DNA of 64,000 nucleotides from Gammaproteobacteria bacterium (GCA_965238175.1 CBDEGZ010000003.1:222076-286075); one strand, 5' to 3'; counted from the first letter of the stretch, positions 47,609-58,492 are shown. Program-made: numbers and translations. Notes: generated from the sequence alone by a model not told the origin.

Positions 47609-48973
47609 TTAATTATCACTCACAGCGTGATCAATACTTTCAAGCGCAACTTTCGCCATCATTTTTATTTCATCTTCATTGATCACGTAAGGTGGCATAA
47701 AGTAGATCACATCACCCATTGGCCTTAGCAAAACACCTTGCTGCATAGCATAGTGGAAGGCCTTTCGTCCTCGCCGTTCTTGCCAGTCGAATGGTTCTTT
47801 TGTGTTTTTATTTTTAACCATTTCGATTGCTAGAATCATCCCTGTTTGTCTAACTTCAGCTATATGTGAGTGCTTACTATACCCGGATGTTGATTGTTTT
47901 ATAGTAGCCGCGAGTGTTTTGTTATTTTCGATTACATTGTCTTGTTCAAAAATATCCAATGTTGCATGTGCAGCCTGGCATGCTAAAGGGTTTCCGGTGT
48001 AGCTGTGAGAGTGTAAAAAGCCAGTTAAATTCGTAAAGTCATCATAAAAAGCTTGATAAATAATTTCGCTGGTTAGCACAGTAGATAGTGGTAAATACCC
48101 ACCAGTGATCCCTTTTGAAAGACACATGAAGTCGGGACTAATATCAGCCTGCTCACAAGCAAACATGGTACCGGTTCGGCCAAAGCCGGTGGCGATTTCA
48201 TCGGCGATCAAATGTACCTCATATTTATCGCAAGCTTCGCGCAGAAGTGTCAGATAGATCGGATGATACATGCGCATAAAACCTGCGCCCTGGACTAATG
48301 GTTCTACAATCACTGCACAAATTTCGTCAGATTGATCGGCCAGAATTTTTTCCATTTTGACAAACTGCTGTCGTGAATAATCTTCCCAACTTTGTCCTTG
48401 TTCTCGATGATAACAATCCGGAGAAGGTACGGTGATCACATCTAATAATAATGAACCATATGTTTTTTTATAAAGTGGTACATCACAGACGGAAAGCGCG
48501 CCTAGAGTTTCACCATGATATGCATTTCCAAGATTTACAAAGCGCTGTTTATTTGATTTGCCGACATTTTGCCAATAATGAAAACTCATTTTCATGGCAA
48601 TTTCGACAGCGCAAGAACCGTTGTCTGCATAAAAACAACGATCAAGTCCTTCTGGTGTGATTGAAACCAGTCGTTCTGAAAGGCGTACAACCGGTTCATG
48701 GGTGAAACCTGATAGCATGACTTGCTCTAAGGTGCCAAGCTGATCAGAAATTGCCTGGTTTATGCGCGGATTTGCATGTCCAAACAGGTTTACCCACCAG
48801 GAACTAATTGCATCTAAATATCGATTCCCATCATGATCTTCAAGCCAGACACCCTCGCCTTTTTTGATCGGGATGGGTGGCCAGGATTCATGATCTTTCA
48901 TTTGCGTGCAGGGATGCCAGACGGTGTTCATATCACGTTGTGCGAGATTAAAATTGCTATGTTGGGTTATCAT
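47609..48973 (-). CDS. bioA: Adenosylmethionine-8-amino-7-oxononanoate aminotransferase
   Basis: Class-III PLP aminotransferase with BioA-specific N-terminus ('VWHPCTQMKDHE...PIPI.KGEGVWL.D.DG..YLDAISSWWVNLFGH') and PLP lysine context 'FMCLSKGITGGYLPLS'. Confidence 0.9.
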   Translation of the reverse strand: MITQHSNFNLAQRDMNTVWHPCTQMKDHESWPPIPIKKGEGVWLEDHDGNRYLDAISSWWVNLFGHANPRINQAISDQLGTLEQVMLSGFTHEPVVRLSERLVSITPEGLDRCFYADNGSCAVEIAMKMSFHYWQNVGKSNKQRFVNLGNAYHGETLGALSVCDVPLYKKTYGSLLLDVITVPSPDCYHREQGQSWEDYSRQQFVKMEKILADQSDEICAVIVEPLVQGAGFMRMYHPIYLTLLREACDKYEVHLIADEIATGFGRTGTMFACEQADISPDFMCLSKGITGGYLPLSTVLTSEIIYQAFYDDFTNLTGFLHSHSYTGNPLACQAAHATLDIFEQDNVIENNKTLAATIKQSTSGYSKHSHIAEVRQTGMILAIEMVKNKNTKEPFDWQERRGRKAFHYAMQQGVLLRPMGDVIYFMPPYVINEDEIKMMAKVALESIDHAVSDN

Positions 48974-49004
48974 TAGGCAATTATATAGTGGAACTGGACT
49001 CGCC

Positions 49005-49463
49005 GTGATAAGTGCAATACAAAAATTTTTTAGTGAACGGATTTCTGTTCCGGAATCAACAGATACACAACGACAAAAGGCATTACAAATTGCTGCATCG
49101 GTTTTAATGATCGAGATTAGCCGATCAGATATGCATGTTTCTGAAACTGAAGAACAAACGATTTTGTCGGCACTACAAAAAACATTCTCGCTTGATCAAA
49201 AAGAGTCAGAGAATTTGATGTCGTTGGCAAATGATAAAACGGATCAAGCAATTTCTTTTCACGAATTTACGCGTGAGATAAACGATCAATTTTCAGCAGA
49301 GGAAAAGATCAATTTAGTCAGATTACTTTGGGATGTTGCGATAGCCGATGGTGAGATTGATAAGTATGAAGATTTTTATATTCGAAAAATTTCTGATCTG
49401 CTTTATGTTTCACACAGTGATTTTATCCGTATGAAGCACAAAGCTATCGAGAATAAACCTTAA
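49005..49463 (+). CDS. TerB-family (tellurite-resistance TerB-like / DjlA N-domain-like) protein
   Basis: '...LLWDVAIADGEIDKYEDFYIRKISDLLYVS' TerB-fold signature. GTG at 49005 is proposed because the ORF-track ATG (48906) lies inside bioA on the other strand. Confidence 0.55.
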   Translation: MISAIQKFFSERISVPESTDTQRQKALQIAASVLMIEISRSDMHVSETEEQTILSALQKTFSLDQKESENLMSLANDKTDQAISFHEFTREINDQFSAEEKINLVRLLWDVAIADGEIDKYEDFYIRKISDLLYVSHSDFIRMKHKAIENKP

Positions 49464-49933
49464 GAGACTTCTTGCTCGAATGATAGATCACCGATCATTG
49501 CAGTAATCAATTGATCTTCAAATTCTATACGAGACGTGAGAAGTTCTCCTAATTTGGATATATCATTTTGTAGATGATTTTCGATAACGGCAGAATCTAA
49601 TGGTTCATACCGTTCATTGAATTCTATTGCAGCTTGAGTTGAATCAGAAATTAAGGGGTAAGTTTTTTCTGCCGTATTGACAACAGTTTTACGCCGTTCT
49701 TTACCGTCAGCGATTCGTTCGTATAAACCAAAGTGAGCTGAAGCGATGTAATCAACTAAAACTTCGCAGAATTTTTGTAAGCTATCTTTAACGGATGTTT
49801 CGGCTTTAAACGGCTTTAAGCCAGAGACTTCACACAGTAACACCAACATTTCTCGGCGTTCTTGTAGCATTTTTTGGATAATTTCTTGGGTTTGATCACG
49901 AGGTTCGAGTGCTGATATCTCTTCTTGCGTCAT
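49460..49933 (-). CDS. rsd: Rsd/AlgQ-family regulator of sigma-70
   Basis: 157 aa. 'EVLVDYIASAHFGLYERI' matches the Rsd/AlgQ conserved core. Confidence 0.65.
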   Translation of the reverse strand: MTQEEISALEPRDQTQEIIQKMLQERREMLVLLCEVSGLKPFKAETSVKDSLQKFCEVLVDYIASAHFGLYERIADGKERRKTVVNTAEKTYPLISDSTQAAIEFNERYEPLDSAVIENHLQNDISKLGELLTSRIEFEDQLITAMIGDLSFEQEVS

Positions 49934-50220
49934 GACAGTATTAGCTCCTTATTATTTATCATTTAGATTTTAGAGACCCTTGAGTCTCTTTCCCTGATAG
50001 AGACAATGCAAGAAGAAGGCCTATCTAATTTTTTGGACAATGCTTGAGGTTACAAATTGTTTCTTACCTGCTAAGCTATTGAAATATATTTAGAATATCT
50101 ATTACTATTCTTAATCAATAAAAATAAGTGTTTTTGCTTGTTTTCAACTATTTGATCTATAGATGGTTATAATAGTGGGCTAATTAATGGGTAGGGTAAA
50201 CTCATACTAACGTACAGAAT

Positions 50221-51657
50221 ATGGAAATTACAGGCTACAAAATAGATAGAACAATTGGTGAAGGTGGCATGGCGACAGCTTACCTTGCCGAACAGGAATC
50301 GCTAGGGCGGTTGGCTGTACTTAAAGTGCTCAACACAGACAATCGAGATACCAAAGAAAATGTAGAACGCTTTCTAAATGAAGGCCGTATTGTTGCTTCC
50401 CTTAACCACCCGCACATTATTACTATTTATGATATTGGTATTGAAGAAGATTTTATCTTTATCTCAATGGAGTATATCGAAGGTGGTGACCTAAAAGAAC
50501 GTCTAAAGAATCCGGTTTCTGCTTCAGAAGCAATCGATATTATCAAAAAGGTCTGTAGTGGTCTTGACGTTGCGCATCGTAAAGGCATAGTTCATCGTGA
50601 TGTAAAACCAGGCAATATTTTGTTCAAAACCAGTGGTGAGCCATTACTGACCGATTTTGGGATCGCCAAGCGTTTGACGATGGATCAAGACCTTACTATG
50701 ACGGGTGTTTTCCTCGGTAGTCCAAACTATATGGCACCTGAGCAAGCAGAAGATGGGCCGATTGACGGGCGCGCAGATATTTATGCGTTGGGTGTTATTT
50801 TGTATGAAATGCTCGTCGGACAGAAGCCCTATAAGTCAGAATCTATAATTGATGTCATTGTTCAACATAAACAAGCGCCAGTGCCCATCCTGCCAGAAAA
50901 ACACCAGGTCTATCAGCCCCTGTTGAACATGATGATGGCTAAAAATCGTAAAAATCGTTTTAGAGATGCTGCTAGTGTCCTGCATTTTATTCATCACCTT
51001 GAGCAACTGGAATCGTTAAAAGTTCCAACAGATGATCAGGTAATAAAAGAAATGCCTGCCGATGAAGTATTCACATCTCATCTGCGACAACCAAAAAAAG
51101 CACGGAAATGGTCGACTTATGTTTTGACGGGGTTACTGCTGTTAACCGCATCAGGATTTGCTTTTGTTTCATTTATGAATACGAAACTCAGCCACGAAAT
51201 TTCTACTCTCAGTACTATTGAAGCAGAAGAAGCTAATCTAGAGTCATTCGTGAAGCTCGCACCAATTCCAGAGGTAGGATCAAAACCACTGAAAGTGAAT
51301 AATCCTGATGAGGTTGAGGAGGTATCAAAAGCATTAGGCTGGTTAGCGAGAAAAAGTCTGGAAGAATATCGTTTGACCGCCCCCCCGAAAGACAATGCTT
51401 ATTATTATTATGTGCGCTTGCTTGAGATCAATCCGAACAACAATATTGCCAGACAAGGTTTGCGACACATTGCAGAGAAATTTGCTCTTCTCGCAGAAAG
51501 AGAGTTGGCGGATAACCATTACCAAGCAGCTGCGGGTTACATTGAAATTGGTTTACAGATTAATCCCAGTAATCCAACATTGAAACAACTAAAATTGTTA
51601 ACTGCCACGAGCAAGCGTAGTGTTTTTGATAGTATCAAGAGCTTATTCAGCTCCTAG
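50221..51657 (+). CDS. Hanks-type Ser/Thr protein kinase with TM segment and C-terminal TPR repeats
   Basis: 'IGEGGMATAY', 'AVLKVL', 'HRDVKPGNILF', 'DFGIAK', 'SPNYMAPE'. A TM helix lies at ~300-320; TPR-like 'YYYYVRLLEINPNNNIARQGL...YQAAAGYIEIGLQINPSN' follows. Confidence 0.85.
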   Translation: MEITGYKIDRTIGEGGMATAYLAEQESLGRLAVLKVLNTDNRDTKENVERFLNEGRIVASLNHPHIITIYDIGIEEDFIFISMEYIEGGDLKERLKNPVSASEAIDIIKKVCSGLDVAHRKGIVHRDVKPGNILFKTSGEPLLTDFGIAKRLTMDQDLTMTGVFLGSPNYMAPEQAEDGPIDGRADIYALGVILYEMLVGQKPYKSESIIDVIVQHKQAPVPILPEKHQVYQPLLNMMMAKNRKNRFRDAASVLHFIHHLEQLESLKVPTDDQVIKEMPADEVFTSHLRQPKKARKWSTYVLTGLLLLTASGFAFVSFMNTKLSHEISTLSTIEAEEANLESFVKLAPIPEVGSKPLKVNNPDEVEEVSKALGWLARKSLEEYRLTAPPKDNAYYYYVRLLEINPNNNIARQGLRHIAEKFALLAERELADNHYQAAAGYIEIGLQINPSNPTLKQLKLLTATSKRSVFDSIKSLFSS

Positions 51658-51667
51658 TCAGAATTAT

Positions 51668-52240
51668 TTATTCGTCTATTTCTTCCGTTGTTTTAACCTC
51701 AAGTAGGGATTTAGCTTCTTCGGTTCGATTTTTATCCCAAGCGCTGATCAATAATTTTAACCGTTCTATTCTATCGTCAGGGGATTCTGATTCTTTTTTG
51801 ACTGAATTTTCAGCAGGTTTTACTGGCTCATCATTTTTAAGTCCGTCGGCGAGCTCCTGATCTGAAATTGGCGCTTGTTGTGGAGGTTTTTTCAGATATT
51901 CCTCCAAAACAGGGGATTCGATAAGTGCTTCAATTTTTTCTTCAAATGCTGCAATAGCCTGAGAAGAAGTTAGGGAGCTTTTTTGATCACTAGCCTCAAT
52001 CTGCAATGCTTTATTACGAAATTCAAGGCGTTGTTCTTCACTTACATACACAGCAGTGTCATCGACTAACACATTTTTTTCGAAAACCAATACACGAGGG
52101 CCGCCTGTTTCGCTTCGATACCAGGAAGGTGCCTTCCCTGACATTTGTGAATTGCCCGTTGTTGGGTTAACCCATTGATACATACGCGCCTCGACTGAAA
52201 CCACCGATAGCACCATAAAAAGACATATAATTTTTCGCAT
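51668..52240 (-). CDS. Secreted DUF4124-domain protein (second copy in the window)
   Basis: Signal peptide followed by 'MYQWVNPTTGNSQMSG'. Acidic coiled C-terminal region. Confidence 0.6.
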   Translation of the reverse strand: MRKIICLFMVLSVVSVEARMYQWVNPTTGNSQMSGKAPSWYRSETGGPRVLVFEKNVLVDDTAVYVSEEQRLEFRNKALQIEASDQKSSLTSSQAIAAFEEKIEALIESPVLEEYLKKPPQQAPISDQELADGLKNDEPVKPAENSVKKESESPDDRIERLKLLISAWDKNRTEEAKSLLEVKTTEEIDE

Positions 52241-52303
52241 AAATAAGATTATAGCAAGGATGTGATTTTAAAGGCTATTTTCTGGAGAGTTCCTCTATAG
52301 ATT

Positions 52304-54976
52304 TTGTTAACATGGAGACATAAAAGCCGATCTCGCCATTACTCAATGCTACTATCTGATCACCGCCTTATTATCACTATCAATCGTCGTCTCGCCCGAG
52401 AATTGACGGATCAATATTCTGCGGCTCAGATAAAAGCAGGTAAGCTAGTTTGGGAGTCACCCGTCGTTATGCCCTGGTCAAGCTGGTTAAATAGTTTGTG
52501 GCGGCAGGAACTTAAGTTACACGTTAACGCATCACTTTTATTATTGAATAACGTGCAGTCACAAGTTGTGTGGGAAAACATTATCCGATACTCACCGGCG
52601 ACAGATGGGTTGCTACAAGTTTCTGAGACTACAAAAGTAGTTATGCAGGCGTGGCATTTATTACATGAATATCAAGTGACGTTTGATCAAGTTAAGCAGC
52701 AACTTGTTGAATCTAATCTCGATATGCAGGCCTTTGCTGAATGGGTGAAAACCTATCAAGATCGCCTAAAACACAAGGGCTGGATCGATCAAGAAATGCT
52801 GGCCAACAAATTGATCGAACAATTTGATTCAGGAAAACAAAAAATACCTGAGAAATTATTACTGGCCGGTTTTGCTCAACTTACACCATTACAACTACGA
52901 TTTATCAATTTATTAGTCACACAGGGTTGTTTGATCGAAACTTATAAACCTATGGATATTAAGGCACAAGCATTTCGTTTTGCCTGTGTAGATTTTGATC
53001 ATGAATTGAAATTTGCGGCCTACCGGACACGTTATCTTCTTGAGCAAAATCCAGCGACGCGAATAGGGATTGTTATTCCTAACCTACAAAAAGACAAAAC
53101 AAAGGTTGAAGCCGTTTTTGAAGATATTCTACAGCCTGACAACCTTGTGTCGGATACAAAAGAAATACGCCCTTTTAATATTTCCCTGGGTGATTCGTTA
53201 GCGGATTTCCCTATGATTAAAACGGCTTTTTTGGTCATGACAGCCGCAACAGGCCGTCTCCCACTAGAAGATTTGAGTCGTCTTCTCCGCTCGCCTTATC
53301 TTGTTGGCGGCGAATCAGAAATGGCGCAACGTTGTTTGCTCGATGCCCAATTAAGGAATTATGGTGATGATTCTTTAGGACTTTCTTTAGTTGTAAAAGA
53401 AGCGTCTTCGGACGAGGTTTGGAAATGTCCAATTTTAGTTGAAATTATTAGCAAAAACAGAGAGTTGATTGAAGAGAAGGATTTTTCCAAAAAACGCACA
53501 ATTGTTGACTGGGTAAATGTATTTGATGAATTGCTTAAATCCATGGGTTGGCCAGGAGAGAGGACGTTAAGTAGCGCAGAATATCAATTACATGAATCCT
53601 GGGAAGCCGTCAGAGAACAATGCACTGCATTGGAAACCGTTACCCAAGAAATGGGTTATCGAATCGCCCTTCAACACTTACGAAAGTTGGTTAGTGATCA
53701 AATCTTTCAAGTAGAAACGGTAGATGCTCCCATACAAATTATGGGGGTTTTGGAAACAGCAGGATTACAATTTGATTATCTCTGGGTTATGGGGATGACT
53801 GATGATCAATGGCCTGTAAAACCTTCACCGAATCCATTCTTGCCTATGCAACTACAACGTAAACATAAAATGGCGCATGCAACGGCGGATTGGGAGTTAG
53901 GTTTCGCCCGTTCGGTAACCGATCAATTATTAGTTTCTGCACCGCATATCACTTTTAGTTATTTGCTCAATGAAGCCGATCAAGAATTACGACCGAGTCC
54001 ATTGATTAAAAAGTTGCCGGTGAAAACAGAACTGGAACTTGAGATGAGTTTGTTGCCAGATTATCGCCAGAAAATGTGTTCACAGTCTGTTTTGGAAAGA
54101 CTTGTGGATAATCACGCAAGCAGTTTGTCCGAGCCACGAAACTGGAAGGGTGGCGTCGGTATTTTTAAGGATCAAGCAGCGTGTCCTTTTCGCGCTTTCG
54201 TTCGACATCGCCTGAAAGCTGAACCGTTGGGAGTTGCTGAGTCAGGATTGAACCCTGCAGAAAGAGGCTCTCTTGTTCATGTGGCACTTGAGATCCTTTG
54301 GAACAACTTACAAACGCAAGAAAAGCTCAATCAACTTTCTGATGAATTGATCAAAAAAGAAATTCATCGCTCCGTAGAAATGGCATTAGAACAACTTCGC
54401 TTTGGAAAATCGGTGGTTAAAACAGAACAATTTCAAAGCCTGGAGCAGACTCGATTGGAAAGTTTGTTATCCGAATGGTTACTCGTTGAACGTGATCGAG
54501 AGCCATTTAACGTCATTGCCAGTGAGAAAGAATTACAACTGACGGTTGGTGGGATCAGTGTCAATACGCGTGTTGATCGAATTGATCAATTAGAAAGTGG
54601 TGAACTGGTTTTGATCGATTATAAAACGGGCGAAGTGAATACTAATAGCTGGTTGGGTGATCGACCCGATGAACCACAACTTCCACTTTATGCAACAAAT
54701 ATGTCGAAACCACCTCAAGCGGTTTTATTTGCAAAGCTAAAAAAAGGTGAACAAAAATTTGTCGGATTTTCCGCAGATTTAAAACTAGGTAAAACACAAG
54801 AAAACTGGGACACATTAATTTTACAGTGGCAAATAACACTTGAAAATTTAGCTAAACAGTTTCGACAAGGAGAAGCACAAGTTGATCCAAAAGAAGCGGC
54901 AACTTGTCAATATTGTTCTTATCAAAGTTTATGCCGAATTGATGAAGTGACCGATCAGAAAGGAAGCGAAATATGA
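52304..54976 (+). CDS. AddB-like subunit of AddAB-type helicase-nuclease (PD-(D/E)XK nuclease with Fe-S cysteines)
   Basis: C-terminal 'LVLIDYKTGE...' nuclease motif flanked by 'CPFRAF' and 'CQYCSYQSLC' cysteines, as in AddB. No functional Walker A at the N-terminus. It immediately precedes the AddA-like gene. Confidence 0.65.
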   Translation: MLTWRHKSRSRHYSMLLSDHRLIITINRRLARELTDQYSAAQIKAGKLVWESPVVMPWSSWLNSLWRQELKLHVNASLLLLNNVQSQVVWENIIRYSPATDGLLQVSETTKVVMQAWHLLHEYQVTFDQVKQQLVESNLDMQAFAEWVKTYQDRLKHKGWIDQEMLANKLIEQFDSGKQKIPEKLLLAGFAQLTPLQLRFINLLVTQGCLIETYKPMDIKAQAFRFACVDFDHELKFAAYRTRYLLEQNPATRIGIVIPNLQKDKTKVEAVFEDILQPDNLVSDTKEIRPFNISLGDSLADFPMIKTAFLVMTAATGRLPLEDLSRLLRSPYLVGGESEMAQRCLLDAQLRNYGDDSLGLSLVVKEASSDEVWKCPILVEIISKNRELIEEKDFSKKRTIVDWVNVFDELLKSMGWPGERTLSSAEYQLHESWEAVREQCTALETVTQEMGYRIALQHLRKLVSDQIFQVETVDAPIQIMGVLETAGLQFDYLWVMGMTDDQWPVKPSPNPFLPMQLQRKHKMAHATADWELGFARSVTDQLLVSAPHITFSYLLNEADQELRPSPLIKKLPVKTELELEMSLLPDYRQKMCSQSVLERLVDNHASSLSEPRNWKGGVGIFKDQAACPFRAFVRHRLKAEPLGVAESGLNPAERGSLVHVALEILWNNLQTQEKLNQLSDELIKKEIHRSVEMALEQLRFGKSVVKTEQFQSLEQTRLESLLSEWLLVERDREPFNVIASEKELQLTVGGISVNTRVDRIDQLESGELVLIDYKTGEVNTNSWLGDRPDEPQLPLYATNMSKPPQAVLFAKLKKGEQKFVGFSADLKLGKTQENWDTLILQWQITLENLAKQFRQGEAQVDPKEAATCQYCSYQSLCRIDEVTDQKGSEI

Positions 54977-55009
54977 TCCAAAAAAAAGCTTAAACATGGA
55001 TTATAAATC

Positions 55010-58000
55010 ATGGTAGTTGATCAAAAAGTGAGAGATGAAGCACTTGATCCAGGTCGATCATTTATTGTTCAGGCCCCGGCTGGTTCTGGAAAAACGGAAT
55101 TGCTCATGCAACGCTATCTGGCGTTATTAGCGACGGTTGAAAATCCTGAAGAAGTTATTGCGATTACTTTTACGCGTAAAGCAACAGCGGAAATGCGCGG
55201 TCGAATTCTTAGTGCATTAGAGAATGCCGCTAGTAATCAAAAGTCCAATCAACCACATCATCAAAAAACCTGGCAACTTGCTCAGCAGGTTTTGATCAGA
55301 GATGAAACATACAACTGGAATTTGCAACAGAATCCAAATCGTTTGCAGATCCAAACTATTGATGCGATGTGTGCGAGTTTGACTAGACGTATGCCGGTGT
55401 TGTCTCGCGCAGGTGTTAATCCACAAACGATAGAAAAAGCCGATGAGTTGTATCGAAAAGCAGCAAGAGCAACATTGCAAGCATTACCGAAATCAAAAGA
55501 GGTCGGAATTCTTTTATCTCATCTTGATAACAACTGGCAAAAATTGGAGTCAATGATCACCAACTTGTTACAAAAACGAGATCATTGGTTACGACATTTA
55601 CCGATTAATGGAGAACTGCAACAAGAGCGAGAAACTTTACAGGCAAGCCTTTGCGCGATCATTTGTCAGACCTTAGAACAAGCCTATCAAAACATACCAG
55701 CAGCTTTAATTGAGGAATGGATCGGTCTAAGTAAATATGCTGCAGAAAATTTATTATCTGAAAAAAAACAAACGCCACTGACCGCTTGTGCTGGTTTACA
55801 ACAATGGCCAGAACCATTTCCGGAAGAATTACATTTTTGGGAAGGATTGATTGAATTGGTCTTAACGAAAGATAATAAATGGCGAAAAGCAGTGAATAAA
55901 ACAATTGGGTTTCCGACCTCGACTGGTGAGCAAAAACAGTTGCAGGCGGAGATGAAATTAAGCATTTTGAGTTTAATCGAAACGCTAAGTGAAATTCCAG
56001 ATTTGATCGGAAATTTTCAAGTGATAAGACAGTTGCCGAAGCCAGGTTATAGTGAAGATCAATGGCAAATTTTAGGATCCTTATTTGTCGTTTTAAAATT
56101 AGCCGTTGCGCAACTACAAATTGTATTTCGTGAACAAGGGCAAGTTGACTTTACTGAGGTCAGTATTGCTGCAGTTTACGCACTCGGACATGCTGAACAA
56201 CCAACCGATCTTGCGTTAGCTCTGGATTATAAAATTAATCATTTATTAGTGGATGAATTTCAAGATACATCTATAAGTCAGTACTCACTACTGCAAAGAA
56301 TCATCGCAGAATGGGAAATTGATGATGGGAGAACATTATTCCTCGTCGGTGATCCCATGCAATCTATTTACCGTTTTCGTGAAGCAGACGTTGGATTATT
56401 TATAAATGTTCAACAACAAGGCGGGCTAGGACATGTCCCTTTAACATCGTTAAAACTAACGGTAAATTTCAGATCAAATCACGAAGTAGTTGAATGGGTT
56501 AACCACACTTTTCAACGAGCAATGCCGGTGAAAAATTCAGTCACAAATGGCGCAGTATCCTATACACCTTCACAGGCATTTCACCCTTCTGAATCAGAGG
56601 CACTTGTTTCAGTACATCCGTTTATCGATACGGATAAAAAACAAGAAGCATTGTTAGTTTGTGATCTAGTTCGACAAGGGATAGAGCAGGAAAAAAATAT
56701 TGCTGTTTTAGTGCGTAGCAAATCGCATCTTTTGCAGATTACATCTGCACTAAAAGATCAAAAATTATCTTATCAGGCCGTCGAAATTGAAACCCTGGCG
56801 CAACAACCTGTTATTAACGATCTTCGTTCTTTGACATGTGCGTTATTACATCTCGCAGATAAGATTTCCTGGTTATCAATTTTGCGGGCACCTTGGTGTG
56901 GTTTGATATTGGATGATTTGGAAAGGTTAATGGGTCGATCAAATTTATCTGTTTGGAGTTTGATTAACGCAGATCAAAAAGTTAATTCGATCAGTAATGA
57001 TGGGAAAAAACGACTTCTCCGAGTACGAGCAATTATTAATAAAGCGTTGTTGCAACGACAACGTGTTTCTCTATCACGTTGGGTTGAAGGCGTTTGGGTT
57101 TCTTTAGGTGGTCCAGCGTGTTTGGAAAATGATTCTGATCTTGATAATGCGAATTCTTTTTTTGAATTATTGAATCAACTTGAAGATGCCGGCGAACTTT
57201 CTTCTGTCGAAATTTTGGATCAATCAATTAAAAATTTGTTTGCTTCAGCAGGTCAAGTCACGGATTGTTCTGTGCAATTGATGACGATCCATAAAGCTAA
57301 AGGATTAGAGTTTGATACTGTGATCTTGCCTGCACTTGAGCGACAACCAAGGAATGATGAGCGGCAATTGTTACAATGGACTGAATGGCACAATACAGAA
57401 GAAAACGCGGATGAATTATTACTTGCACCGATAGAAGAAACAGGCCGTGAAAAGGAACGCATAAATCAATATTTATCTTTGCTAGAGAAAGAACGATCAC
57501 GACACGAAACCGTACGACTTTTATATGTTGCGGTGACCAGAGCAAAACAACAACTGCATTTGATTGGCTGTGCAGAATACAATACTAAAAACGAATTAAA
57601 ATCACCCGATCAACGTTCTTTGTTAGCATGCATTTGGCTGTCCATTAAAGATCAGTTTGAAGAAAAATCAGATCAAAAAGTTGAGATAAATTCTGTTACT
57701 GAGCCAACCGAAACTTTCACTCCTTACATAAGCAGATTACCCACTGATTGGCTGTCGCCAGAAAGTTCCGAATCGGTTGATTGGCATGTTGATTTAATTG
57801 ATGCGAAAAAGAATAAACAAGCAGAAAAAGAACAAGATTTAGAATTTATCTGGGCAGGTGCTCCAGCAAGGCATATAGGAATCGTTGTGCATCGACTTTT
57901 ACGGCAGATTGCAGAGGAAGGTCTTGAGCAATGGGATCAGAAACGAGTTGATTCTATAACATCGTTGATTAAAACATTGCTTTTGGAATCTGGATTATCT

Positions 58001-58399
58001 AAAAGCAGATTATCAGTAGCGATTAAAAAAGTTTTGGAATCAATTAATCAAATATTGCAAGACGAACGAGGTCGTTGGATTTTGAGCGCTGAAAACCGGC
58101 AAGCTCAAAGTGAGTACGCACTTACCGGTATTGTTAATGGGGAACTGATCAATATCATTATTGATCGGACATTTGTTGATCAAAATGGTACACGTTGGAT
58201 CATTGATTATAAAACTGGCAGTCACGAAGGTGGCGACCTCGAGGGCTTTCTTGATAATGAACAATTGCGTTATCGTGAGCAACTCGAACGTTATGCAAAA
58301 ATAATCGCAAATCTCGAAAGTCGACCTGTTAAATTAGCGCTTTACTTCCCAAAGTTTTGTGGTTGGCGCGAATGGTCATTTCCTGATGCGGGACACTGA
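55010..58399 (+). CDS. AddA-like UvrD/Rep-family helicase with C-terminal PD-(D/E)XK nuclease
   Basis: 'FIVQAPAGSGKTELLMQRYLALL' (motif I), 'LVDEFQDTS' (II), 'TIHKAKGLEFDTVIL', 'LLYVAVTRAKQQL', C-terminal 'WIIDYKTG' nuclease motif. Confidence 0.8.
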   Translation: MVVDQKVRDEALDPGRSFIVQAPAGSGKTELLMQRYLALLATVENPEEVIAITFTRKATAEMRGRILSALENAASNQKSNQPHHQKTWQLAQQVLIRDETYNWNLQQNPNRLQIQTIDAMCASLTRRMPVLSRAGVNPQTIEKADELYRKAARATLQALPKSKEVGILLSHLDNNWQKLESMITNLLQKRDHWLRHLPINGELQQERETLQASLCAIICQTLEQAYQNIPAALIEEWIGLSKYAAENLLSEKKQTPLTACAGLQQWPEPFPEELHFWEGLIELVLTKDNKWRKAVNKTIGFPTSTGEQKQLQAEMKLSILSLIETLSEIPDLIGNFQVIRQLPKPGYSEDQWQILGSLFVVLKLAVAQLQIVFREQGQVDFTEVSIAAVYALGHAEQPTDLALALDYKINHLLVDEFQDTSISQYSLLQRIIAEWEIDDGRTLFLVGDPMQSIYRFREADVGLFINVQQQGGLGHVPLTSLKLTVNFRSNHEVVEWVNHTFQRAMPVKNSVTNGAVSYTPSQAFHPSESEALVSVHPFIDTDKKQEALLVCDLVRQGIEQEKNIAVLVRSKSHLLQITSALKDQKLSYQAVEIETLAQQPVINDLRSLTCALLHLADKISWLSILRAPWCGLILDDLERLMGRSNLSVWSLINADQKVNSISNDGKKRLLRVRAIINKALLQRQRVSLSRWVEGVWVSLGGPACLENDSDLDNANSFFELLNQLEDAGELSSVEILDQSIKNLFASAGQVTDCSVQLMTIHKAKGLEFDTVILPALERQPRNDERQLLQWTEWHNTEENADELLLAPIEETGREKERINQYLSLLEKERSRHETVRLLYVAVTRAKQQLHLIGCAEYNTKNELKSPDQRSLLACIWLSIKDQFEEKSDQKVEINSVTEPTETFTPYISRLPTDWLSPESSESVDWHVDLIDAKKNKQAEKEQDLEFIWAGAPARHIGIVVHRLLRQIAEEGLEQWDQKRVDSITSLIKTLLLESGLSKSRLSVAIKKVLESINQILQDERGRWILSAENRQAQSEYALTGIVNGELINIIIDRTFVDQNGTRWIIDYKTGSHEGGDLEGFLDNEQLRYREQLERYAKIIANLESRPVKLALYFPKFCGWREWSFPDAGH

Positions 58400-58492
58400 C
58401 ATAGGGAATGGTTGGGCCTCTTTGGTTTTTATAGGCGCCAATCTACGACTCTAAGATGGTGGAGTGGATTTCATACATCGATTTGGAATTAA

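Noticed and set aside
48906-49004. ORF-track ATG start (48906) for the TerB-like gene
   Set aside because: That start would make the first 33 codons overlap bioA on the opposite strand, and the TerB-like homology begins near the GTG at 49005. The shorter model is preferred, with low confidence.
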